This document shows, one piece after another, positions 1-12,098 of a stretch of 64,000 nucleotides of DNA; position 1 is the first letter of the stretch, and the number at the start of each line of letters is the position of its first letter. The notes under the pieces were generated by a model. It saw nothing but the letters and a program-made list of their open reading frames with translations. It was not told the origin of the DNA and searched no databases. A program made the translations under genes and the position numbers. This DNA comes from an uncultured delta proteobacterium (GTDB taxonomy: Bacteria > Desulfobacterota > Binatia > DP-6), in the NCBI GenBank assembly GCA_963815115.1, contig CAWFFN010000007.1:832001-896000 (forward strand), in the 5' to 3' direction.

Positions 1-75
1 ATCAACGCCATTCCGCTGCTGCGCAAGCGGCTGAAGCGCGGGGTGAGCGGCGCGCCCTCACCGCGCCGGCTGTAG
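1..75 (+). CDS. 3' end of a gene entering the window (INAIPLLRKRLKRG...stop); product unknown
   Basis: Frame is open from base 1 to TAG at 73-75 and converges on the HAD gene; too short to identify. Confidence 0.35.
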   Translation: MNAIPLLRKRLKRGVSGAPSPRRL

Positions 76-84
76 AGCGGCCGT

Positions 85-834
85 CTACTCCTCGCCCAGC
101 GCGGCGCGCAGCTCGGGCAGCGCGCGCAGCACGAAGCGTGGCGGTGGCGCGGTCCCGGGAACACCCTGCCCGTCGCGATCGATCCATGCCGCGTCGATGC
201 CCGCGGCATGCGCCGCCGCGACGTCCTCGGCAAACGTGTCCCCGACCATCACGCCCGACGCCGCGGACACGTCGAGCATGCGCAGCGCGGTGTCGAGCAT
301 GAGCGGATGCGGCTTGCGGAGACCGAGCCCCTCCGACACGACGACGGCGTCGACCCGTTGCAGGATGCCGTGCCGGTGGAGCACCTCGTACGCGCCCGCG
401 GTGTCGTCGAAGTTGCTCACCACGGCGAGGCGGTGACGGGGGCGCAGCTCGTCGAGCAAGGTCGCGTGCGCGGCGGGCAGCACGGTGGCCGACGCGAGCA
501 CCCGGTGATGGGCGCGGGCGAGCGCGGCGCCCCCTTCCTCGCACGCCCCGGGAGCGCACCCCACGCGCACCAGCGCACGCCGGAAGCGCTCCCGCGACGG
601 CTGCTCGACGTGGTCGCGCGCGCGCTGCAGGGCGATCTCCTGGCTCACCGCGGCGAGCGCGAGCCAGAAGTCGTCGAGGCTGACGCCCGGAGCGTACCGC
701 TCCAGAAGATCGCCGTGACCGGCGAGCGTCGTGCGCACCGTGTGCGAGCCCACTCGCAGGACGGGCAGCCGCGCCGGCTCGAGCAGCACGAGCGTACCGA
801 AGAGGTCGAGCAGCACGCCCTCGTAGCGCGGCAT
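85..834 (-). CDS. HAD-superfamily hydrolase
   Basis: Motif I-like LLDLFGTL, VVSNFD, GLRKP and MVGD..ED..AA..AG. Confidence 0.88.
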   Translation of the reverse strand: MPRYEGVLLDLFGTLVLLEPARLPVLRVGSHTVRTTLAGHGDLLERYAPGVSLDDFWLALAAVSQEIALQRARDHVEQPSRERFRRALVRVGCAPGACEEGGAALARAHHRVLASATVLPAAHATLLDELRPRHRLAVVSNFDDTAGAYEVLHRHGILQRVDAVVVSEGLGLRKPHPLMLDTALRMLDVSAASGVMVGDTFAEDVAAAHAAGIDAAWIDRDGQGVPGTAPPPRFVLRALPELRAALGEE

Positions 835-838
835 GCGA

Positions 839-1308
839 CTACTGGAGCGTGGGCGGGACGCCCCGTCCCGCGATCGACCGGCGCCCGGCGAAGCCCTCGC
901 CCTCGCGATGCCAGAACGCGACCTCGGGCTCCCCGAACTGCCAGCAGAGCAGCACGGCCTCGCCGTGCAGCTCGCTGGGGAAGTCGACCAGCCCGAGCGC
1001 GACGTCCTTCAGCTGCGCGCCGCCGCGCTCGATCTCGCGCACGACCGAGTCGAGCTCCTCGATGAGGGCGCGCGCCTCGGGCCGGTGGCGGACGAGCTGC
1101 TCGCTCGACAGCGTCGCCGGCTCGACGCCGCGCGACGCCGCCAGGCTGCGCCGCTCCTCGTCCAGCCGCAGGGCACCGCGCTGCAGCCGCTCGAGCAGCA
1201 TGGCGAGGCGCGGCACCTGCGCGTTGGCCTCGTCGACCGTGAAGAGCTTCGCCGTGGAGAACTCCTGCGTGAGTGCGGGCGACTCGTCTCGATTCGCCTC
1301 CCGGCCAT
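839..1308 (-). CDS. DUF2203-family protein, probable 1-bp frameshift near the start (~1300)
   Basis: LKD...GLVDFP...VLLCWQFGEPEVAFWH..EGFAGR signature. The frame extends upstream as KLFTVDEANAQVPRL with no in-frame start; ATG at 1308 is one base out of frame. Confidence 0.8.
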
Positions 1309-1430
1309 GCGGCTCGAGACCGGCCGGGCGGACGTGGCCGGGAGACTAACGGCTCGGCCCGCGGGAGTCGAGGCGATCGCGCCCAGTCGCCTTGTCCGAC
1401 CGGGGAGCGTGGGTTACAGTCCCGCCGCCG

Positions 1431-3860
<2,430 letters not shown>

Positions 3861-3899
3861 GCCCGGCGCCCCGTCCGGCCGCCGTTTCCCGCTCCCACC

Positions 3900-4889
3900 A
3901 TGCCCGAGCTTCGCAAAGATCCGCTCCTCGGCCGCTGGGTGATCATCGGCACCGAGCGGGTCCGCCGGCCCGGCGACTTCCGCAGCGAGCGGCCGGCGCG
4001 GCGGAGCGGGCCCTGCGCGCTCTGCGGCGGTCACGAGCAGGAGACGCCGCCCGAGGTGCTGATCTACCGCGACAAGCCCGACGACGGCGGGTGGCGGGTC
4101 CGGGTGGTGCCGAGACGGTTCCCGGCCCTGCGTGTGGAGGGCGACCTCGAGCGGCGCGGGCACGGACTCTACGATCTGATGAACGGCATCGGCGCGCACG
4201 AGGTCGTGATCGAATCGCCGCGCCACGAGGATGCGCTGGCGCGGCTGCCCGTGGCGGCGGTCGAGGACGTCGTCCGGGCCTGGCGCGACCGCATCGTCGA
4301 CCTCAAGCGCGACCAGCGCTTCCGCTCGATCGCGATCTTCAAGGCGTACGGCCTCGCGGGCGACGTCGCGCTCGAGCATCCGCACTCCGAGCTCCTCGCC
4401 ACGCCCATCCCGCCGCAGGGCCTGAGCGACGAGCTCCATCACGCGCGCCTGTACCACGACTACCGCGAGCGCTGTCTCTTCTGCGACATCCTGCATCAGG
4501 AGGCGGAAGAGCGGGCCCGGGTGGTGGTGGAGACCGATCACGTCCTCGCGTTCGCCCCGTTCGCCGCCCGCTTCCCGTTCGAGACCTGGCTGCTGCCGCG
4601 GCGCCACGTGCCGTCGTTCGAGCACAGCGGCGCCGTCGAGCTGCGCGAGCTGGCGCGGGCGCTGCGCACGGTCCTGCGCAAGCTCGAGGGCGCGCTCGGC
4701 GATCCCCCCTTCGACCTGCTCCTGCACAGCGCGCCCTTCGCCGAGGGCGACAGCCCGTACTACCACTGGCACCTCGAGATCACGCCGCGGCTGCTGCCGC
4801 CGGCGGGATTCGACTGGAGCAGCGGCTTCCAGGTGAACCCGATGCCCCCCGAGGACGCCGCCCGCTTCCTCCGCGACACCGCCGACTAG
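3900..4889 (+). CDS. GalT-like sugar-1-phosphate nucleotidyltransferase (HIT superfamily), variant active site
   Basis: ELRKDPL..RWVII, CxxC, GAHEVVIESPRH, HPHSE (usually HPHSQ), CLFCD, YHWHLEI. Confidence 0.85.
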   Translation: MPELRKDPLLGRWVIIGTERVRRPGDFRSERPARRSGPCALCGGHEQETPPEVLIYRDKPDDGGWRVRVVPRRFPALRVEGDLERRGHGLYDLMNGIGAHEVVIESPRHEDALARLPVAAVEDVVRAWRDRIVDLKRDQRFRSIAIFKAYGLAGDVALEHPHSELLATPIPPQGLSDELHHARLYHDYRERCLFCDILHQEAEERARVVVETDHVLAFAPFAARFPFETWLLPRRHVPSFEHSGAVELRELARALRTVLRKLEGALGDPPFDLLLHSAPFAEGDSPYYHWHLEITPRLLPPAGFDWSSGFQVNPMPPEDAARFLRDTAD

Positions 4890-4894
4890 GAGAG

Positions 4895-5178
4895 CGACCC
4901 GAGACTCCGTCTCGGGTCGGGACGGAGAGTGAGAATGAGACTCGATGAACGGTGCGGGCGTCGTGCCGCGGCCGGCAAAGCCGGCGCGGCAGACCTACCG
5001 GAGCGCTACCCAGTAGCTGAGACGGATTTGCAGGCGGCGCAGAACGGATTTGACCAGGGCCTCGGCCGTGCCACGTTTTGCCGCGCCGGCTTTGCCGGCC
5101 GCGGCACGGCGGGCGCCCGGGTCACCGAACGCCACACGCTCGCCCCCGTTTCCGACCCGAGACAAAGTCTCGGGTCGG
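4895..5178. repeat. Nested palindromic intergenic element (REP/BIME- or MITE-like)
   Basis: Outer hairpins with the same stem CGACCCGAGAC-N3-GTCTCGGGTCG at 4895-4919 and 5152-5178; perfect 30-bp inverted repeat at 4962-4991/5079-5108. Confidence 0.8.
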
Positions 5179-5187
5179 GCTAATCGC

Positions 5188-6639
5188 ATGCGGGTGTGCA
5201 TGCTCACCCCGGAGGCCTTCCCGTACGCCAAGACGGGCGGCCTGGCGGACGTGCTCGCCGCGCTGCCCGCCGCCCTCGCGCGGCTGGGGGTCGAGGTCAC
5301 GGTGATGCTCCCCGCCTATCGCGAGGCGCTGCGGGTCGCCGGCGCCGTCGAGCACCTGGGTATCGTGCGCGCGCCGGTGTCGAGCCGGCTCGAGCCGGCG
5401 ACCATCGTGCGGGTCGCCGGCGCACGCGTGCCGACGCTCATGGTGCAGGCGCCGCGCTACTTCGATCGCGAGGGGATGTACGGCGCCGACGGCCACGATC
5501 ACCCGGACAACGCCGAGCGCTTCACCTTCTTCTGTCGCGCCGCCCTCGAGTGGCTGCGCGGGCTCGGCACACCACCCGACGTCGTCCACTGCCACGACTG
5601 GCAGGCGGCGCTGGTGCCGGCCATGGTGCGCGCCACGGCGCCGCTCTACCCGGAGCTGCGCCGCGTCCGCCTCGTGCAGACGATCCACAACCTCGCCTAC
5701 CAGGGCCGCTTCTGGGCGGCCGACTGGCACCTGCTGAATCTCGACGGGCGCCACTTCACGAGCGAGGCGCTCGAGCTCTACGGCGATATCAGCTTCTTGA
5801 AGGCGGGGCTGGTGTTTGCGGACGTCATCACGACGGTGAGCCCGCGCTACGCGCGTGAGATACAGACACCGGCGCTCGGCGAGGGCCTCGACGGCATCCT
5901 GCGCGCGCGGGCCAGGCGCCTGCGCGGCATCGTCAACGGCATCGACTACGGCATGTGGAACCCGGCCACCGATCCCGTGCTCGCCGCGCGCTACGACGTC
6001 GGCGCCATGGGCGGCAAGGCGCGCTGCAAGGCAGACCTGCAGGAAGCGGTCGGCCTCCACGTCGCCGCCGAGCCGGCGCTGCTGGCGATGGTGTCGCGCC
6101 TGGCCGCCCAGAAGGGCCTCGACGTGGCGCTCGAGGCACTGCCGCAGCTGCTCGAGCACTCGGATGCTCAGGTCGTCCTCCTCGGGAGCGGCGACCCGCT
6201 CCTCGAGGCGGGCTACCACGCGCTGGCGCAGTCCTTCCCGGGCCGCGTCGCCATCCACGTCGGTTTCGACGAGCCGCTCGCCCACCGGATCGTGGCGGGG
6301 GCAGACGCCTTCCTGATGCCGTCGCGCTACGAGCCGTGCGGCCTGAGCCAGCTCTACAGCCTGCGCTACGGCACCGTGCCCGTCGTCCACGCGACCGGCG
6401 GCCTCGATGACACCGTGAGCCAATTCGACGCTGGCTCGGGTACGGGCACCGGATTCAAGTTCGCCCCCTTGACTGCCGCGGCGCTCCGGGACGCCCTCGG
6501 TCAGGCGCTGGATGCCCGGCGCGACGCGACCGCCTGGCGGCGGCTCCAGGAGCGCGGCATGCGCGAAGACTTTTCCTGGGAGCGCTCGGCGAGCGCATAC
6601 CGCAACCTCTACGCGGAGCTGCTCGCCGCGCCGTCCTGA
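5188..6639 (+). CDS. glgA: Glycogen synthase
   Basis: E..PYAKTGGLADV, DNAERF, HCHDWQ, TIHNLAYQG, PSRYEPCGLSQ. Confidence 0.96.
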   Translation: MRVCMLTPEAFPYAKTGGLADVLAALPAALARLGVEVTVMLPAYREALRVAGAVEHLGIVRAPVSSRLEPATIVRVAGARVPTLMVQAPRYFDREGMYGADGHDHPDNAERFTFFCRAALEWLRGLGTPPDVVHCHDWQAALVPAMVRATAPLYPELRRVRLVQTIHNLAYQGRFWAADWHLLNLDGRHFTSEALELYGDISFLKAGLVFADVITTVSPRYAREIQTPALGEGLDGILRARARRLRGIVNGIDYGMWNPATDPVLAARYDVGAMGGKARCKADLQEAVGLHVAAEPALLAMVSRLAAQKGLDVALEALPQLLEHSDAQVVLLGSGDPLLEAGYHALAQSFPGRVAIHVGFDEPLAHRIVAGADAFLMPSRYEPCGLSQLYSLRYGTVPVVHATGGLDDTVSQFDAGSGTGTGFKFAPLTAAALRDALGQALDARRDATAWRRLQERGMREDFSWERSASAYRNLYAELLAAPS

Positions 6640-6663
6640 GGCCGCTGGGCGGTCCGGCGGCCG

Positions 6664-7020
6664 TCAGGCCGAGAACGACGACCCGCAGCCGCAGGTGTGG
6701 GTGGCGTTCGGGTTCACGAACTTGAACCCGCCACCGTGCAGGCTGTTGACGTAGTCGATCTCGAGACCGCGCAGATAGGGCGCGCTGGCCGGATCGATGC
6801 GTACCTGGACGCCGTCGTAGTCGAGTACCTGATCGCCGTCCTGGATCTGGTCGTCGAAGTCGAGCTGGTAGCTGAATCCCGAGCAGCCGCCTCCGACCAC
6901 TGCGACACGCAGGGCATGACCGTCAGAGAGACCCTCCCGGGCGCGGACCTTTCTGACCATCTCCACGGCGTAGGGCGTCAGGGTCACGACGGGCTCGGAA
7001 CCAGCCTGGGGGGCATCCAT
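6664..7020 (-). CDS. A-type iron-sulfur cluster carrier (IscA/ErpA/HesB family)
   Basis: GGGCSGFSY and C-terminal NPNA..TCGCGSSF; ATG at 7020 lies inside the long shadow ORF 6664-8730. Confidence 0.93.
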   Translation of the reverse strand: MDAPQAGSEPVVTLTPYAVEMVRKVRAREGLSDGHALRVAVVGGGCSGFSYQLDFDDQIQDGDQVLDYDGVQVRIDPASAPYLRGLEIDYVNSLHGGGFKFVNPNATHTCGCGSSFSA

Positions 7021-7177
7021 GTCGCCAGGGTAGAGTCGGTGGTACCCGAAGTCAACGTCGAGGTAGCCCACTTGCGGACCGCCGCCCCATCGGGTCAGAT
7101 GGCCTTGCCGATCCTCCGGATCATGCGGGTCTGCGAGGACGGCGGTGAAGCGCCGGCGCGTGCGGTGTTGCGCCCCA

Positions 7178-7193
7178 TGGCATATGAGTTGCT
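7178..7193 (+). promoter_or_regulatory. Putative sigma54 (-24/-12) promoter
   Basis: TGGCATATGAGTTGCT has exact GG-N10-GC spacing and ends 35 bp before the ATG of the sensor kinase. Confidence 0.7.
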
Positions 7194-7227
7194 GACCAGC
7201 CTCGCCTAGTCGACCCCCGTGTATTCG

Positions 7228-8988
7228 ATGCAAGCTCTCGCCATTCCGCGCGCTTCCCAATCTCGAAGGCCGGCCCCTCTCGAGGCCTTCTCGCGCACCG
7301 AGAAGATCATCGCATTCTGCCGCGTGCTGCTCGCGATGGGGACCTGGGCCGTGGTCGTGGTCGATCCGAAGCAGCCGTCGTTTCACCCCGAGATCGGCCA
7401 TGCGGTCCTCGGGTCGTATCTCGTGTTCAGCCTCGCGCTCCTCTTCGTCGTTCGAGGCGAGTACGTCCGCCAGGACCGCATCGGATACTTCTCGACCGTC
7501 GCCGACATCGTCTGGGTCTCGGTGATCACGCTCTTCACCGAGCGCGGGCCGAGCCCGTTCTTCCTGCTGCACGTCTTCGTGATCTCGAGCGTGAGCGTAC
7601 GCTGGGGGCTGGCGGCGGCCGTGCCGGTGACGGTGATCCTCGCGCTGCTCTATCCGCTGACCATCTTCCTCGCGAGCCGGGTCACCGACAGCGAGGATCT
7701 CGCCTTCCATCGCGCGCATCTCTTCCGCCCGCTCTATCTCCTCGCGGCCGGCTATCTGATCGGCTACCTCGGCGAGCACGAGCGGCGCTCGAAACGCAAG
7801 CTGGGCTTCATGCTCGACCTGGTGGCCCCCGTCCGCCGCAGCCGCAGCCCGGGCCGAGCCATCACCCGGCTCGCGCGCCGGGCCATGCAGTTCTTCGGTG
7901 CCGGTCGCGGCGCACTGGTGCTGCGCGATCCCGACAGCGGGCGCTACTTCACGTGGGAGATCACGCGAACGGGTGGCAAGGTCCGGGTCGGTCTGCGCAT
8001 CACCGAGGACGATCCGTGTCCCCTGCCCTTCGCCGAGGCGACCGAGGGCTTTCTCGCCAACGACCTGCGCCCCGGACGGTCGACCGCGCTGTGCTACGAC
8101 GTCCGCTCCGGCACGATCGTGCGTCGCGCCATCACCGGCCAGCTCAAGCCGCCGCTGGCGTCCGCCCAGGCGCTGCTCGTCGCTCCCGTGCTGATCCAGC
8201 ACGAGCTGCGCGGCCGCGCCATCGTGATCCGCGACTCGCGGCGCAAGTTCACGCGCGACGACCTGGAGTTCCTGCTCGTGCTGGTCGGGCAGGCGGCCGC
8301 CAGCCTGGAGACGGTCCGCCTCCAGGCGAAGGCCGAGGAGGTGGCGGTGCTCGAGGAACGGGCGCGCATCGCCCGCGACCTGCACGATGGCTTCATCCAG
8401 GCACTCGCGGGGATCGACCTGCGGGTCGAGGCGGCGAAGCTGCTGCTCCGCCGCGATCCCGCCCGCGTCCCGAAGGCGCTCGAGGATCTGCACGTCGCGG
8501 TCGACAGTGGCTATCGCGAGGTCCGTCATTACCTGACGGTGCTCAGGCAGGCCAGCCGCCAGGACTCCGATCTGGGCTCGACGCTCGACCGCCTGGCGGC
8601 CGAATTCGCCATCCGCGAGCGCCTGAAGGTCCACATGGCGCGGCCGCAAGCCGATCCGGGGCTGCCGGTCTCGACGGCGTACGAGCTGACCCAGATCGTA
8701 CGCGAGGCACTGCACAACGCCGTGCGCCACGGGCGGGCGACCCAGGCCGTGGTCAAGCTCGGCGCACGGCCGTCACACGTCTACCTCGTCATCCGGGACA
8801 ACGGCCGGGGATTCCCGAACGGCCACGGCTCCATCGACGGCGACGGCTTCTTGAAGCCGGCCAAGGCGCCGTGGTCGATCCGCGAGCGAACCGCGGCACT
8901 GGGCGGATCGCTGCGGGTGTGGAGCAAGCCAGGGCATGGCTCCGAGGTCTCGTTGCTGATCCCCGTGGCCGGTGCACCGCACCGGTAG
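7228..8988 (+). CDS. Membrane sensor histidine kinase (HisKA_3 type, GAF-like domain)
   Basis: N-terminal TM helices, EERARIARDLHDG H-box, EALHNAVRH, DNGRGF. Confidence 0.9.
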   Translation: MQALAIPRASQSRRPAPLEAFSRTEKIIAFCRVLLAMGTWAVVVVDPKQPSFHPEIGHAVLGSYLVFSLALLFVVRGEYVRQDRIGYFSTVADIVWVSVITLFTERGPSPFFLLHVFVISSVSVRWGLAAAVPVTVILALLYPLTIFLASRVTDSEDLAFHRAHLFRPLYLLAAGYLIGYLGEHERRSKRKLGFMLDLVAPVRRSRSPGRAITRLARRAMQFFGAGRGALVLRDPDSGRYFTWEITRTGGKVRVGLRITEDDPCPLPFAEATEGFLANDLRPGRSTALCYDVRSGTIVRRAITGQLKPPLASAQALLVAPVLIQHELRGRAIVIRDSRRKFTRDDLEFLLVLVGQAAASLETVRLQAKAEEVAVLEERARIARDLHDGFIQALAGIDLRVEAAKLLLRRDPARVPKALEDLHVAVDSGYREVRHYLTVLRQASRQDSDLGSTLDRLAAEFAIRERLKVHMARPQADPGLPVSTAYELTQIVREALHNAVRHGRATQAVVKLGARPSHVYLVIRDNGRGFPNGHGSIDGDGFLKPAKAPWSIRERTAALGGSLRVWSKPGHGSEVSLLIPVAGAPHR

Positions 8989-9009
8989 ATCCTCGTGGGA
9001 GGGTTTCAG

Positions 9010-9684
9010 ATGAGCGTGGCACCGCGCAAGCGCCGTATCGTGATCGTGGACGACCACACGCTGTTCCGTGAGGGGCTGCGCACGATCCTCGAGACCGAGG
9101 ACGACATCGAGGTCGTCGCGGACGCCGAGAGCGCCGAGGACATCGTCGAGCTGGTGTGGCAAACGCGGCCCGACGTCCTCCTCCTGGACATCCGCATGCC
9201 GCAGGGCAGCGGACTCGACGCCGTCCCCGCGGTCCTGAAGATCAGCCCCAACACCCACGTCCTCGTCCTCACCGCCTGCGACGAGAAGGAGGAGCACGTC
9301 CGGGCCTTCCGGCTCGGGGCCAAGGGAGTGATCCTGAAGGACTCGGCCCGCCAGACGCTCATGCAGGCGATTCGCACCGTCTGCCAGGGCGAGGTCTGGA
9401 TGGACCCCCGCATGAGCGGCGCACTGGCGGAGGAGCTGTCGCACATCGGCACCGAGGGCGACCCGATCTCGACCCGCCAGGAGAACGGCCTCACCGAGCG
9501 CGAGCTCGAGATCGTCCGCCTGGTCGCGTCCGGGTACAAGAACAAGGAGGTGGGCGCGACGCTCGCGATCAGCGAGCGCACGGTCAAGACCCATCTCACC
9601 AACATCTTCCAGAAGCTCGGCGTCCGGGATCGTGTCGGTCTCGTCATGTACGCGCTCCGCCACAACCTCACGGCCGCCGCCTAG
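9010..9684 (+). CDS. NarL/LuxR-family response regulator
   Basis: IVDDH..DVLLLDIRMP receiver domain; LTERELEI...NKEV...SERTVKTH LuxR HTH. Confidence 0.95.
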   Translation: MSVAPRKRRIVIVDDHTLFREGLRTILETEDDIEVVADAESAEDIVELVWQTRPDVLLLDIRMPQGSGLDAVPAVLKISPNTHVLVLTACDEKEEHVRAFRLGAKGVILKDSARQTLMQAIRTVCQGEVWMDPRMSGALAEELSHIGTEGDPISTRQENGLTERELEIVRLVASGYKNKEVGATLAISERTVKTHLTNIFQKLGVRDRVGLVMYALRHNLTAAA

Positions 9685-12062
9685 GGGCACCGGCAGCCCG
9701 GGCGCACGGTCGTCACCTCGAGCCGCTGGCCGTCGCTCAGCACGGTCACCGCACCGCAGCGATCGGTGCGGAGGACGCAGACGCCCTGCGCACGGTAGCG
9801 TGCCTCCACCTCGGGGGCCGGCAGGCCGTAGCGGTTGTCCGCGCCGACGGAGATCACCGCGACGCGCGGCCGGACGGCGGCCACGAAGCCCGGCGTGCTC
9901 GAGCTGCGGCTGCCGTGGTGGGGGACCTTGAGCACGGCGGCCGGCAGCTCGCCCGCCGCCGAGTCCACCAGGCTCCTCTCCGCCTCGACCTCGACGTCCC
10001 CGGTGAGCAACACGCTCGTCGCCCCGTACGTCAGGCGGAGCGTGAGCGAGGTCTCGTTGAGCGCCGGGATTCTCCAGTCCGCCGGCGGATGCAGCACGGC
10101 CACGCGGCCGGCGAACGCCGGTACCCCGGCACCCCGGTGCAGCTCGCGCACCGGCACGCCGGTCGACACGAGCGCGCCGACGAGGCGCCCCCACTCCCTG
10201 CCGCGACCCGGCCAGCCGGTCCACCAGAACTCGCGCGGGTGCAGACGCGTCAGCAGGTGCGGCAGGCCGCCCGAGTGGTCCGGGTGCGCGTGCGTCATCA
10301 CGAGCGCATCCACGGTGCGGATCTTTCGCGTCGCGAGATAGGGCGCCACGATCGCCGCGCCCGTATCGAACCCGCTCCCGGCGAAGCCCCCCGCGTCGAC
10401 GACCAGCACGCGGCCGTCGGGCAGCTCCGCGACCGCCGCGTCACCCTGGCCGACGTCCAGGAAGACCACGCGGAGCACGCCCGGAGCCCAGCGCTCGCGC
10501 ACCCAGAGCCCGACGTCGACCAGCAGCGCGAAGCTCGCGGCGAGCGCGAGCCGCCGGGCGGCCCGCCCCCACGGCAGGATGGCGGCCACCAGGAGGAGGT
10601 ACACGAGCGCCAGCTCGCCGGTGCTCGGACGCGACACGTCGAGCGACGCCCAGGACGGCTGCCCCAGCCGCTCGACGAGGGCCACGCCGGGCCGCAACAG
10701 GAGGCCGGCGACGCGGAACAGCGCCGCCGCACCGTGGGGGCTGACCGGCTCGATGCAGGCGCCACCGAGCCCGAGCACCACGACCGCGGAGCCGAAGAGC
10801 GGGATGACCAGCGGGTTGGCGAGCAGGCCCATCACCGAGACCTGCTGGAAGTGCCGGGCAGTGAGCGGGGCGGTGCCGACCAGCGCCGAGGTGGCGACCA
10901 CCAGCGCAGTGCGCAGGCGCCCGCTCCAGCTCTTCGCGGCGGCGTGCGCCCACCGTCGGGTCCCGAGGACGATCGCCAGCACCGACACGAAGGAGAGCTG
11001 GAAGGCGATCTCGCGCGGTGCCCCCGGCCAGACGAGTGCGATGACGACCGCGGCCAGCGCGAGCGTCCTGAGCACGTCCACACGGCGGCCGCAGAGGACT
11101 GCACCGACCCCGAGCGCCACCATGAGCGCAGAGCGCAGGGTGGCGACCTCCAGGCCGGCGAGCGCGCTGTAGACGGTCACGGGGCCGAGGCTGCCCAGCG
11201 CGGCAACGCGGCGCACGTCGAGCGCGAGGAGCAGCCGCTGGCTGCGACCGACGAGCCAGCGGACCAGCGCAAAGCTCGCGAGCGCGACCAGACCGATGTG
11301 GGTCCCGGACACCGACAGCACGTGCACGACGCCGGCGCGGGTGAACGCCGATCGCAACCGGTCATCGATGCCGCTCTCGTCGCCCAGCACCAGGGCGCGC
11401 AGGACGGCGGCGTGCGGCGCCGGCACGGCGCGCGCGATGGCGCGGCCGAGGCGTGCGCGCCAGCGATTCAGCCGCATCATGACGTCCCGCGTCCGGTGCG
11501 GGACACGCTGGAGACGCCCCGGTCCCCAGATCGAGCCCACCACCCGGACGCCGCGGCGAGCGAGGTAGCCGGCGACGTCGAAGCTTCCGGGGTTGGCAAA
11601 GCCGCGGGGAGAGCGCAGCGTGGTCTCCGCACGGACCCCGTCGCCCACCCGCAGCTTCGGAAGCCGGCCGCCGACGGTCAGGCGCACCCGACCCGTCGCC
11701 CGACCGCGGCCGGCGCCGACCCCGACCGCGGTCACGCGGAGCACGATGAGCGTGCGACCTCCGCGGCCACCGCGCAGCTCCTCGATCTCGCCCTCGACGG
11801 CCGTTCGCAGCGGCAGCCCGAGGGCGGCCACGTCGGGCGCCGGCGAGGCGGCCCCGTCGATCGCCCGCACGCGCAGCGCCCCCACGCTGGCCGCGAGCAG
11901 GCCGAGCGCCAGCCACGCGAGCGGCCGGCCGCGTGGCAATCGCGACGCCGCGAGAACCGCCGCGCCGGTCACCGCGAGCCATGGCGCAGCCGGACCGAGC
12001 GGAACCAGCTGGGCGCCGACAACGCCCGCCGCCGTCACCCACAGCCCCGCCCGCACGTCCAC
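9681..12062 (-). CDS. comEC: DNA internalisation competence protein ComEC/Rec2
   Basis: NPGSFD, HVLSVSGTH, FQLSF, DVGQGD, THAHPDH, KVPHHGS, RTD..G. Confidence 0.93.
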   Translation of the reverse strand: MDVRAGLWVTAAGVVGAQLVPLGPAAPWLAVTGAAVLAASRLPRGRPLAWLALGLLAASVGALRVRAIDGAASPAPDVAALGLPLRTAVEGEIEELRGGRGGRTLIVLRVTAVGVGAGRGRATGRVRLTVGGRLPKLRVGDGVRAETTLRSPRGFANPGSFDVAGYLARRGVRVVGSIWGPGRLQRVPHRTRDVMMRLNRWRARLGRAIARAVPAPHAAVLRALVLGDESGIDDRLRSAFTRAGVVHVLSVSGTHIGLVALASFALVRWLVGRSQRLLLALDVRRVAALGSLGPVTVYSALAGLEVATLRSALMVALGVGAVLCGRRVDVLRTLALAAVVIALVWPGAPREIAFQLSFVSVLAIVLGTRRWAHAAAKSWSGRLRTALVVATSALVGTAPLTARHFQQVSVMGLLANPLVIPLFGSAVVVLGLGGACIEPVSPHGAAALFRVAGLLLRPGVALVERLGQPSWASLDVSRPSTGELALVYLLLVAAILPWGRAARRLALAASFALLVDVGLWVRERWAPGVLRVVFLDVGQGDAAVAELPDGRVLVVDAGGFAGSGFDTGAAIVAPYLATRKIRTVDALVMTHAHPDHSGGLPHLLTRLHPREFWWTGWPGRGREWGRLVGALVSTGVPVRELHRGAGVPAFAGRVAVLHPPADWRIPALNETSLTLRLTYGATSVLLTGDVEVEAERSLVDSAAGELPAAVLKVPHHGSRSSSTPGFVAAVRPRVAVISVGADNRYGLPAPEVEARYRAQGVCVLRTDRCGAVTVLSDGQRLEVTTVRPGCRCP

Positions 12063-12098
12063 CGTGCTCCTCTCCGGGCGGGCTGTCGAACGATCGCG

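Noticed and set aside
4895-5178. CRISPR array or 6S RNA interpretation of the palindromic element
   Set aside because: No regularly spaced direct repeats with spacers, no cas genes, and no recognisable 6S central-bubble motifs
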